A stretch of DNA of 39,739 bases from a virus (lineage: Duplodnaviria > Caudoviricetes). The translations under genes were made by a program, and so were the position numbers. The notes beneath the pieces are model-generated. The model searched no databases. It was not told the DNA's origin and was given only the letters and a program-made list of their open reading frames with translations. The stretch spans positions 1-39,739 of IMG/VR virus record IMGVR_UViG_3300044477_000051; one strand, given 5' to 3'. Below, piece after piece: positions 1-7,587 of this stretch. Every line of letters starts with the position of its first letter. Position 1 is the stretch's first letter.

Positions 1-54
1 TTGGTCTTTCAGGTAGGCTTGATTCTGATTAAATGCTCTCTGTAAATTACTCAT
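1..54 (-). CDS. Partial early gene running off the left edge (MSNLQRAFNQNQAYLKDQ...)
   Basis: ATG at 54 on the minus strand, GAGAGGA RBS just upstream, downstream of the leftward promoter at 107-134; open to position 1. Confidence 0.55.
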   Translation of the reverse strand, partial: MSNLQRAFNQNQAYLKDQ

Positions 55-106
55 AGTGTCCTCTCTTCTGCTTAAAAGCTTTTGAATGAGCAACGCTCAT
101 AAGTTA

Positions 107-134
107 AGTATAGTACTATAGTTGATAATGTCAA
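107..134 (-). promoter_or_regulatory. Leftward sigma70-type promoter
   Basis: Minus strand TTGACA (134-129), 16 bp spacer, TATACT (112-107); overlapped by the palindrome TAGTTGA-N5-TCAACTA (119-137). Confidence 0.65.
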
Positions 135-502
135 CTAGTTTGTGATTTATTTTTGAAGTTTTGCAGGATTATTTTAGGGGACTAACGAAGTTAGGTGGGA
201 CTAACTAAAGGGCTGGTTGGTCTGCGCTTCGCTTGACGGCCCTCCCCCAAAGGCTCTATATGTTTAGGGTGAACTAACTGAATGAGGCCAGGCTAATTTT
301 TTTAGGGGGTACCCGGTTTCGGACGCGGGGGTAGGGATATGTATATAGATGCACCTCACACAACTCCAGCCATTTTTGAAAAAGGAAGTTGCTACTATAA
401 ACCTATAGTCTCCTAAAGAATATGTTGTATATGCTGATATCACATGTTTGGAAAACCTTACGGTTTTCCGGCCGCACGAGTACATGCAAGGAAAAAATTT
501 CC

Positions 503-531
503 TTGACAAAACCCCGGACGGCCACTATACT
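503..531 (+). promoter_or_regulatory. Rightward sigma70-type promoter
   Basis: TTGACA (503-508), 17 bp spacer, TATACT (526-531), with an A-tract upstream (UP-like). Confidence 0.8.
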
Positions 532-577
532 AAAGGCCATTCGATCATTTACCATAAGACCTCAAATGGACGAGGTC

Positions 578-623
578 GACCCAGAGACAGCTACTCTAAT
601 AGCTCCTCTGGGTTTCTTTTTTT
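578..623 (+). terminator. Intrinsic terminator or attenuator in the leader of the 503 promoter
   Basis: ACCCAGAG..AGCTA-loop-TAGCT.CTCTGGGT followed by TTCTTTTTTT; preceded by the hairpin GACCTC/GAGGTC (558-577). Confidence 0.6.
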
Positions 624-638
624 CTAAAGGAGAATCAG

Positions 639-815
639 ATGACTGATGAATTATTTGTTTCTAGGATAAAAGCTCTTACTGGCCGCACACTAAACATCAT
701 TGAAAATATGACTGAAGAAGATTATAAAACAATAATGAACAAACAGAAAACCTGTTTAGACCTATCCCTTGCTATACTTGAGTGGGCTTTAGAACAAGCC
801 TCAAATGACAAATAA
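639..815 (+). CDS. Hypothetical 58-aa protein (MTDELFVSRIKALTGRT...), below the ORF-track cutoff
   Basis: AAAGGAGA RBS at 626-633, ATG 639, TAA 813-815, followed by a terminator hairpin. Confidence 0.65.
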   Translation: MTDELFVSRIKALTGRTLNIIENMTEEDYKTIMNKQKTCLDLSLAILEWALEQASNDK

Positions 816-843
816 AAAAGCAAGCCCGAAAGCTTGCTTAAAT
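816..843. terminator. Probable bidirectional terminator between convergent small genes
   Basis: AAGCAAGC-CCGAAA-GCTTGCTT hairpin with an A-run on the left (a U-tract on the minus strand). Confidence 0.65.
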
Positions 844-873
844 TATCCCACCCACCACCGCTAGAACCTCAAC

Positions 874-1068
874 TTAAACTATCTTCTTCTGACTTGTCAA
901 TCCTTCAATAATCACCAGATCACTACATGCGGCCCTCTGCATAAAGTACCGCATCTCCTCCGGGACAATAGCAGCGTGACCCATTCCGGCCAGAGTCCGA
1001 TTAACATTGAAGCAGATGAATCGCTTCTGGCACTCTTTGCAAGTAAATAGCTTTCTCTGATCTTCCAT
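874..1068 (-). CDS. Small Cys-containing (CxxC, possible Zn-binding) hypothetical protein
   Basis: GGAGGAG RBS at 1078-1084 (minus strand), CKEC motif, downstream of the consensus promoter at 1218-1246. Confidence 0.65.
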   Translation of the reverse strand: MEDQRKLFTCKECQKRFICFNVNRTLAGMGHAAIVPEEMRYFMQRAACSDLVIIEGLTSQKKIV

Positions 1069-1217
1069 AAAGATTAGCTCCTCCCGTTGTGCTGATTGGC
1101 TTCGCGGCCAGTGCTCTGTATTATTGTTTTGTTTAGAAAAGAAGATAGGTCGGCTTTGTTATGTACGATTTGCTTCACCTATCAAGTGTAGTCCCTCCCC
1201 CAAGAGGTCTGATAGGA

Positions 1218-1246
1218 ATTATAGCACGGCCTGGAGATTGTGTCAA
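1218..1246 (-). promoter_or_regulatory. Perfect-consensus leftward promoter with extended -10
   Basis: Minus strand TTGACA-17bp-TATAAT with TGn immediately before the -10. Confidence 0.85.
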
Positions 1247-1259
1247 CTAAAATAGTTGA

Positions 1260-1288
1260 TTGACAATGCAAATATTTAAGGTTAATGT
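1260..1288 (+). promoter_or_regulatory. Rightward promoter of the packaging operon
   Basis: TTGACA (1260-1265), 17 bp spacer, TAATGT (1283-1288); back-to-back with the leftward promoter, separated by TCAACTA-AAA-TAGTTGA. Confidence 0.6.
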
Positions 1289-1367
1289 CATTTAATAAAA
1301 GATGGGAAAGAGAGAAGGGTGTTTAACACTTGTCTTCCCTCTCCCCCGTTTGATAGGTAGATACATT

Positions 1368-1787
1368 ATGGGGGGCCGCGCCGTGAATGTCAATAGTGAG
1401 ACTGAAGAGATTTTAGGGGACATTGATAAGCTGAGACCTGCTGCGGTTAAAGTACTGAAGAGAGGACTGGCTGGCGATGGTGTGGAGTATAAGGATTCTC
1501 TGGCTGCTGCAAAGCAGGTGTTTGAGATGACGGCTACGGCGAGGCCGAAGAAGATGGCCTTCTCGGAGGTTTCTGAGAGGATGAATCAGGCTCTTGGGGC
1601 GATTGCTGCGGGGATGGCTCTGGCTTTCGGTACTAAGGTGGATGTTGTAGAATTACAACAATCGACTATGAGGGTGGTGGAAGAGGCTAATGAGGTTCCG
1701 GTGGTTTATAAGGGGATGGAAGCTGTGAAGAAGATACAGAGGAGAGATGCTAATGAGCGATCAGGCCGAAAAAGAATTGAAGAGTAG
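1368..1787 (+). CDS. terS: Probable terminase small subunit
   Basis: Size (~140 aa), position upstream of TerL, and a helical 'AVKVLKRGL...SLAAAKQVFE' segment typical of the TerS oligomerisation core; start uncertain (1368 ATG or 1383 GTG). Confidence 0.55.
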   Translation: MGGRAVNVNSETEEILGDIDKLRPAAVKVLKRGLAGDGVEYKDSLAAAKQVFEMTATARPKKMAFSEVSERMNQALGAIAAGMALAFGTKVDVVELQQSTMRVVEEANEVPVVYKGMEAVKKIQRRDANERSGRKRIEE

Positions 1788-1920
1788 CGAGGAAGATTAT
1801 CTGTTGCCGTGGTTGAAGGCCGCCGATGAGCAACCGACGACTAAGCTTGGGGAGTTTTTAAAGGCAGGAAAAAATGAAGATAGAAGCGGAAGCGTACGGA
1901 AAAAAGTGGGTAAGGGTTAA
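1753..1920 (+). CDS. Hypothetical 55-aa protein overlapping terS and terL (MSDQAEKELKSSEEDYLLPWLK...)
   Basis: GGAGAG RBS at 1741, ATG 1753, TAA 1918-1920; codon style matches neighbours and it fills the terS-terL gap. Confidence 0.5.
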   Translation: MSDQAEKELKSSEEDYLLPWLKAADEQPTTKLGEFLKAGKNEDRSGSVRKKVGKG

Positions 1921-3730
1921 GTTTACTGGGCGGGAATGTGTTTATGCGGTTAAGCCTCATGAGGACGCTCTGCTGTTTGATTGTGAGAAGGAAGGGGAAG
2001 AGTACAATAGTATTGTTTCTTCTCGGATGAAGAAAGAGATTGATAAGGGCAAAGAGGGGATTCTCTCGCTGATGAAACAGTTTGCTCTTGTCAATCTTTT
2101 TTATTTTGAGAAGTTTATTCTTGGGCCGTTTGGGCCATGGGATAAGTTGACTGATAGTCTGCATCTTGATATGTGTAATTTTTGTCAAAGTGATTATGTG
2201 TTGGGAGATGGAGCGCATAGTGGGCTGGCTATTGGACGCGGACATTTTAAGAGTACGGTACGAACGACTGGGCTTGGAGCTTGGCTTCTCGTGAGAGATC
2301 CTAATATTAAGATTGCGATTATTAGTAGCGTATTTGATTTTGCCAGCAGATTTTTAAAGGACATTCGGACTGTATTTGAAGTGAATGAGCTGGTGAGGCT
2401 TTTTTGGCCCAGTATGATGTGGACGGGAAAGACGACTTGGAATGATACGACTTTTTATAGTCCGGGTAGGACTAAGGCGGCATCTGAAGGAAGCGTTACG
2501 GCAAAGGGTATTGGGGGTGCGTCTGCGAGTCAGCACTTTGATTATATACTTGTGGATGACCCGATTAGTGCGGAAGACTTGAATAAGGAAATGAGTGCTA
2601 ATAGTGATATGGAAGGTAAGAAGAAGTGGTTGGCAACTTCTCTGCCTCCTCTTGTTATGAGTCCGATGAAGAGTTGTATTTTGTGGACTTTTACTTTTTA
2701 TAGTCTTGATGATTGTTATATGGAGCAGATTGTTCCAAGGGTTTATGCGCTCTTTGGGTTTCTTGATGAGGCGTTTATTGAGGAGAAGGACAAGGGTAAA
2801 TATGCGATGTATTGGAGGCCAACGTTGCAGGATGGGGAACCGATCTTTCCTGAGACGATTAGTTTGAGATTTCTTGAGGAGATGATGGAGAACGATCCGT
2901 GGATGTTCCAGACTCAGTATCAGAATAGGCCGATGGCGATGGAAAGCAGTACGCTGAAAGATTTTGATATTGGAGAATGTTTTGTTTTTCTGGAGAATGG
3001 GGAAGTCGATGGAAGTGTGAAGGAGAGCACTCTTCTTATTTATAAGAAGGTTGAGGGTGTTGTTGAGCATGTGATGAGGTTTCTCAAGCATTGTTATGTG
3101 ATAATGACGGTGGACTGGGCAGCTAGTAAGAAGACCAAGGACGAGAAGAAAAGTAAGACCAGTGTGCAGATGTGGGCAATAACTCCGTTTAATGAGAGAT
3201 GTTTAATTGATGGGTGGAGTGGAAGGGGAAGTAGCCCCGAGGTGTTTAAGAAAATTTTCTTTTTTGCTGAGAAGTGGCGGGACTATATGCAGACCTGTGT
3301 GGTTGAGACTAATGCAATGCAGCTTGGAGTCAAGCAACTGCTTGAGGAGAAGAAGCAGGAGCTGGGTAAATTTTTTAATATTGATGAGGACTGTGTAAGA
3401 GGTGATAAAGAGGTGAGGATTAAGGTTAACTTTGGTTCTCAGTTGATGCAGGGGAATATTTACGCAGGGCCGGAAATGAGATCTATTCTTGTTGGGGAGA
3501 AGAATCTATTTGGTAGTGTGAAGGGGATGTTTGATAATTTGGACTGTGCTGAGAAGGCTCAGAGATGGTTGAAGAAGCCGCTGAATGGGGATGATGTACA
3601 GATGCTTGAGTTTGGGAGTCGATTTCAGTTTGGGAATGCTCATGAGGAATTTCTTGATGATGAGTTTGAGGATAAGGAATTTTGGTTGGAAATGGATAAG
3701 AGAAGAAAAGGAGCCGTCCATATTAGCTAG
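1874..3730 (+). CDS. terL: Terminase large subunit
   Basis: Walker A GRGHFKST, Walker B YILVDDP, 'FQTQYQNRP' linker, RNase H-like nuclease start 'MTVDWA' and later 'DNLDC'. Confidence 0.92.
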   Translation: MKIEAEAYGKKWVRVKFTGRECVYAVKPHEDALLFDCEKEGEEYNSIVSSRMKKEIDKGKEGILSLMKQFALVNLFYFEKFILGPFGPWDKLTDSLHLDMCNFCQSDYVLGDGAHSGLAIGRGHFKSTVRTTGLGAWLLVRDPNIKIAIISSVFDFASRFLKDIRTVFEVNELVRLFWPSMMWTGKTTWNDTTFYSPGRTKAASEGSVTAKGIGGASASQHFDYILVDDPISAEDLNKEMSANSDMEGKKKWLATSLPPLVMSPMKSCILWTFTFYSLDDCYMEQIVPRVYALFGFLDEAFIEEKDKGKYAMYWRPTLQDGEPIFPETISLRFLEEMMENDPWMFQTQYQNRPMAMESSTLKDFDIGECFVFLENGEVDGSVKESTLLIYKKVEGVVEHVMRFLKHCYVIMTVDWAASKKTKDEKKSKTSVQMWAITPFNERCLIDGWSGRGSSPEVFKKIFFFAEKWRDYMQTCVVETNAMQLGVKQLLEEKKQELGKFFNIDEDCVRGDKEVRIKVNFGSQLMQGNIYAGPEMRSILVGEKNLFGSVKGMFDNLDCAEKAQRWLKKPLNGDDVQMLEFGSRFQFGNAHEEFLDDEFEDKEFWLEMDKRRKGAVHIS

Positions 3731-3740
3731 GAGGCTCCTT
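3698..3740 (-). terminator. Intrinsic terminator for groES
   Basis: AAGGAGCC (3708-3715) / GGCTCCTT (3733-3740) stem; on the minus strand followed by TTCTTCTCTT. Confidence 0.55.
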
Positions 3741-3748
3741 AGCTGTGT

Positions 3749-4036
3749 TTAGGCGGGAAAGCTGATTACAATGTCTTTGAAGTCGATGATACGGTATTCT
3801 ACTTTGTCAATAACCGTTCTTCTTCCTTTGAAGGGTTCCCAGATTATCTCTTGGCCTTCAAAAAAGTCCCGTTCTTCCCCCTTTTCGCCTGATCCCATGT
3901 ACATAATTGTGCCATGATTGTCGTCAAGTTTAGTTGTACTTGGCAGAATTAGGCCACCTGCGGTGGTTTCATCCTTGATCGGATAAGGTTTTACAAGAAG
4001 TTTTGTTCCGTGAACGGTAAATGGTGCATTTTTCAT
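3749..4036 (-). CDS. groES: GroES/Cpn10 co-chaperonin (95 aa)
   Basis: GTKLLVKP..DETTAGGLILP (mobile loop)..GTIMYMGSG..EYRIIDFKDIV matches the Cpn10 pattern; GGAGGA RBS at 4041-4046 supports the ATG at 4036. Confidence 0.9.
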   Translation of the reverse strand: MKNAPFTVHGTKLLVKPYPIKDETTAGGLILPSTTKLDDNHGTIMYMGSGEKGEERDFFEGQEIIWEPFKGRRTVIDKVEYRIIDFKDIVISFPA

Positions 4037-4052
4037 TGGTTCCTCCAAAGAG

Positions 4053-4081
4053 ATAGTAGGTTTTTTAGTTGATTTTGTCAA
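4053..4081 (-). promoter_or_regulatory. groES promoter
   Basis: Minus strand TTGACA (4081-4076), 17 bp spacer, TACTAT (4058-4053). Confidence 0.7.
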
Positions 4082-4088
4082 GTTTTGT

Positions 4089-4117
4089 TTGCTTTTTGGT
4101 TGGAAGTGTGATATAAT
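4089..4117 (+). promoter_or_regulatory. Promoter for the small ORF at 4143
   Basis: TTGCTT-17bp-TATAAT with a TG extended -10. Confidence 0.7.
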
Positions 4118-4142
4118 TCTGCGTAGTTTGATAGGGGGTTCT

Positions 4143-4379
4143 ATGAACGAAAAAGAAATTGAAGAAGGTGCCATTCTTGAGGTTGTTTGTACGATTGAGG
4201 CGTTTACAGAAGATTTGATTGTGAGCTGGTTGGGTAATCGGGATCTGATTTTGGATGCAGAAAAGAGACAGAGGTTGTTGCTGGCTGTTGAGAAGGTCAG
4301 GGATGCTTGGAAAAGTGTGAAGGATCTGATGCCAAAGAACTATGGTGAAGAGCTAGATAATGAAATGGATGCACTTTGA
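4143..4379 (+). CDS. Hypothetical acidic helical protein (78 aa)
   Basis: AGGGGG RBS, ATG 4143, own promoter and terminator. Confidence 0.7.
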   Translation: MNEKEIEEGAILEVVCTIEAFTEDLIVSWLGNRDLILDAEKRQRLLLAVEKVRDAWKSVKDLMPKNYGEELDNEMDAL

Positions 4380-4424
4380 CCTAATGGGGGAGGGAAAGAC
4401 TCCCTGTGAGTGATGATTTTTGTG

Positions 4425-4452
4425 AGGCTGCCTGAAAGGGTGGCCTTTTTTA
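4425..4452 (+). terminator. Intrinsic terminator
   Basis: AGGCTGCCT-GAAA-GGGTGGCCT followed by a T-run. Confidence 0.8.
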
Positions 4453-4459
4453 TTGGGAG

Positions 4460-4488
4460 TTGACATTGAGGTGGTGGTAGAGTAGGGT
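4460..4488 (+). promoter_or_regulatory. Promoter of the portal/head operon
   Basis: TTGACA-17bp-TAGGGT directly after the terminator; followed by TTTAATAAAGAT as at the 1260 promoter. Confidence 0.55.
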
Positions 4489-4512
4489 GGTTTAATAAAG
4501 ATAGGAGGCCCT

Positions 4513-6579
4513 ATGTCTGACTATTTACCTGATGTAGAGAATGTGGAGGCGGGAGCAGCTGTTCCTGTTATTGATATTGAGGATAAGGTTAATATTGAGG
4601 GGTTGAAGAATCTAATTAAAGATTATTTGACCAATTATGAAGAAAAGTTTGAAAGACGCAATGAACTTATAAGCCAGATTGTAAGACAGAGGGAAGTTGA
4701 GCCAGATAATCAGGGTAGGGATTCTGATGGACGGTTGAAGACGGTTCCTCCGGTAACGGCAAGTGCGGTTAATATTGCGTACGGACATGTTAAGAATTAT
4801 TTAAATCAGTTAAATCCATTTTTTGATACACAGGCGCTGGGGCAGAGTCCCGATAGTAAGAAGAAAGCCAAGATTGCTCAGAAGTATTTGAATTTGTTAG
4901 CGGATTCAAGGACGGATTTGAATATTCGGGTGAAGAACAATACGATTGTTTATGATTGTGTGAGCCTTGGTGGGAAGTTTGTTAAGGTTATTTGGGATGA
5001 TGATGTTTATCGAACGAAAGTTAAGATGGAAGATGGGACTGTTGTCGATCAGGCGTATAGGAGGCATTTTGGGCCGTCCATTATTCCTGTTGATACCCGA
5101 AATGTTATTTATCCGAATGGGTATGAAAGTATTACGGAGATGCCGTTCATTGCTGTGAAGACGGTTATTAGTAAGATAGAGTATAAGAGACTTTGGATTG
5201 ACGGTACAATTAAGAATTATGTGTTTGACGGTGAAGAAGGTGAAATAGTTTATGAGGAACCGGCTGATGCTGAGGTGAGCCAAGAGATTCAGGACGAGAA
5301 TGAGAGACGCGGGTATAAGTTTAATACTGAGGATATGACAGACTTTTGGGAGTTTTATCTGTACTACGAACTTCTTGATGAGAAGGGTGAGCCGACTCAG
5401 ATGATTGGAGACTATATTGTTTGGTATGCCGCTGGTGATGATAAGATTTTGAGGGTCTCCCCGAATACTCTTGGGGAGAGGCCGATTACTTGTATTCCTT
5501 ATATTATTATGCCGGGGAATGTAGATGGAAAGGGTGTTGGGCATTATACGCTTGGTGCTCAGAATGATGCGGAGTTCTGGAGCAATGTAAGACAGCAGAA
5601 TGCGCGGTTTGCTGTTAATAAGAGCTTTTGGGCTAAGTTGGGAAGCGTTAATCCGAAGGTTAAAGTACAGCCGGGTGGGGTTTATTACTACAATAGTCAG
5701 GATGAAGTGCCGCAAGAGATGAGAGTTAGCGAGGTTCCTGGTAGTTCTTTTGAACAAGAGAGGATGAGTAGGCAAGATGCTCAGATGGGATCTGGAATTA
5801 GCTCTATTATGGGTGGTATGGCTGATCCGACACTCAAGAGTCGGGATACGTTTAGCGGGCAGAACTTCAGGTTTAAGCAGAGCATGGGTGTTATTGGAGC
5901 ACTCATTGAGAATATGGAGAATGGGTTTGCCAGTGTAGCAAATATTGTTTGGAAGTGGTTGGTACTAAAGAATAAGGAAGTTATTGATTATGAGATTCAG
6001 GTTGGCAGGCTTGATCCGGCTGATATAGCGGAGTTGCAAGCTGCGTTGACGATGAAGGTTGAAGATGTACCTGTTACGTTGCAGTTTTCTATTAAGACTA
6101 CAAATCTCGATCAGACTCAAGAGGCCGCTAGGCAGAATTATCTGCTTGTGAGCCAGTTGAATGAGCAATATTTTCAGAGTTTAACACCGGTGTTTCAGGC
6201 GTTGAGTAATCCGCAGATTCAGCAAATGCCTGAGTTGATGATGTTCTTTACGCAGATGATTGTCAGCAAGACGAAGTTGCAGCAACAGATTCTTGATGGT
6301 CTTGATTTGAGTGATACTGAGTTGTTGTTGCCGAATGTTGAAAGACAGGTGGCTCAGATTCAAATGGCAAATGAGCAGATTAGTCAGATGATTAGTCAGC
6401 TTAAAAATAGTAGTGGAGGAGGAGGAGTTAATGGAACAGGAACAGTTGAGGGACAATCCCAACCAACAGCCGTACCAGGCCCCGTTGCCACCGGTAATTC
6501 CGGAGCTGCAGGGGGTATGCCCGGAGGACAGGGAGGAGTTCCGCAAATGCAAGGACAGCCTGGGGTTCAAGGTATTTAG
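4513..6579 (+). CDS. Portal protein (podovirus/P22-like head-tail connector)
   Basis: 688 aa after TerL; 'DCVSLGGKFVKVIWD', 'RPITCIPYIIMPGNVDGKGVG' and 'SGISSIMGG..TFSG' patterns; Q/G-rich C-terminal tail. Confidence 0.85.
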   Translation: MSDYLPDVENVEAGAAVPVIDIEDKVNIEGLKNLIKDYLTNYEEKFERRNELISQIVRQREVEPDNQGRDSDGRLKTVPPVTASAVNIAYGHVKNYLNQLNPFFDTQALGQSPDSKKKAKIAQKYLNLLADSRTDLNIRVKNNTIVYDCVSLGGKFVKVIWDDDVYRTKVKMEDGTVVDQAYRRHFGPSIIPVDTRNVIYPNGYESITEMPFIAVKTVISKIEYKRLWIDGTIKNYVFDGEEGEIVYEEPADAEVSQEIQDENERRGYKFNTEDMTDFWEFYLYYELLDEKGEPTQMIGDYIVWYAAGDDKILRVSPNTLGERPITCIPYIIMPGNVDGKGVGHYTLGAQNDAEFWSNVRQQNARFAVNKSFWAKLGSVNPKVKVQPGGVYYYNSQDEVPQEMRVSEVPGSSFEQERMSRQDAQMGSGISSIMGGMADPTLKSRDTFSGQNFRFKQSMGVIGALIENMENGFASVANIVWKWLVLKNKEVIDYEIQVGRLDPADIAELQAALTMKVEDVPVTLQFSIKTTNLDQTQEAARQNYLLVSQLNEQYFQSLTPVFQALSNPQIQQMPELMMFFTQMIVSKTKLQQQILDGLDLSDTELLLPNVERQVAQIQMANEQISQMISQLKNSSGGGGVNGTGTVEGQSQPTAVPGPVATGNSGAAGGMPGGQGGVPQMQGQPGVQGI

Positions 6580-6757
6580 GGAAATACTCAGGAAACAGGC
6601 TGAGATTGGGAAGACCAATCTGATTTTTGAGCATGATCCGATGTACATGAAATTGTATCAGGGGCATGTAAGGGAGATTGAGAGGATTATTAAGTTGGCT
6701 GATGATATCGTGGCCTATTGGGATCTGGATGAACAGATTAGTGAAGGGGAGGCGTAA
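6431..6757 (+). CDS. Small hypothetical protein following portal
   Basis: GGAGGAG RBS before ATG 6431; helical 'MKLYQGHVREIERI' segment typical of post-portal podovirus genes; overlaps the portal 3' end. Confidence 0.65.
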   Translation: MEQEQLRDNPNQQPYQAPLPPVIPELQGVCPEDREEFRKCKDSLGFKVFREILRKQAEIGKTNLIFEHDPMYMKLYQGHVREIERIIKLADDIVAYWDLDEQISEGEA

Positions 6758-6762
6758 GAGTT

Positions 6763-7587
6763 ATGAGTGATGAAATTGTTGATGATGATATCGTTGTTGA
6801 TGAAAGTCAGCAGGAAGAAGAAGTTGAGTTTGTTGAAGACACGGAGGATGCGCCAGAGATTGATGTATCGCAGAAGTTAAGTGCCTTTGAGAAACAACTT
6901 GAAGAGAGTAAGAAGAACAATGATACACTGGGCGCGATTAAAGAGGGGTTTGGGACGGTTGCTGAGAAGCTGGATAATTCGCTTAGGGGGATTCAGCAGG
7001 GGTTTCAGAATACTCAACCGAAGGTAGTTGATCCTGATGAAGAGTACTTTGCCAATTTGACTGACCAGCAGCTTAGTGAGGACATTCTGACTAAGGGAAA
7101 GGTTGTTGTCGATAGGCTGAAAAGCTCTATTATTAAGCAGGTTCGACAGGAAATGGGTGGGCTTGCCGCTCAGAATACGATTTCTCAGGGGCAGATGTTT
7201 CTGGAGATGCAAGAACAAGACCCGACTGTTGGGCATATTGTGAAGAAGTATAAGGCCGAGATTGAAGCTCAGTTGGGTGGAATGGATGCAAGGTTTAGAG
7301 GGGATCGGGCCATTATTAAAGAGACGATTAATATGGTGGCCGGACGGCATCTTCAGGAAATTTTGGCCGATAAAGAGGCTGGTGTTTCTCGGCCTTCTTC
7401 CTCAGGCTCTTCTCGTCCCGCTGCACCGACTGTGAGTAAGGGTGGTGGAAGTGTAGGGGCTGTGGGGACTAAGAAGCAGGTGGATGTAAGGAAGTTGTTC
7501 CCGGAATGGGAGTATCAAGATTTTGTAAAGAGGGGATTCTCTAAGCAGGATATGTACGATGTGGCTAAGAATAGGGGGAAAATCTAA
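6763..7587 (+). CDS. Probable capsid scaffolding protein
   Basis: Very acidic N-terminus, coiled coil, S/G/P linker and short C-terminal helix; lies between portal and capsid. Confidence 0.7.
   Translation: MSDEIVDDDIVVDESQQEEEVEFVEDTEDAPEIDVSQKLSAFEKQLEESKKNNDTLGAIKEGFGTVAEKLDNSLRGIQQGFQNTQPKVVDPDEEYFANLTDQQLSEDILTKGKVVVDRLKSSIIKQVRQEMGGLAAQNTISQGQMFLEMQEQDPTVGHIVKKYKAEIEAQLGGMDARFRGDRAIIKETINMVAGRHLQEILADKEAGVSRPSSSGSSRPAAPTVSKGGGSVGAVGTKKQVDVRKLFPEWEYQDFVKRGFSKQDMYDVAKNRGKI

Noticed and set aside
264-646. ORFs 264-509 (-) and 422-646 (+)
   Set aside because: No RBS, and they run across promoter and terminator elements; better read as regulatory DNA.
4037-4174. N-terminal extensions of groES (to 4174) and of the + ORF (from 4089) in the ORF track
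   Set aside because: The region is occupied by divergent promoters; RBSs support starts at 4036 and 4143.
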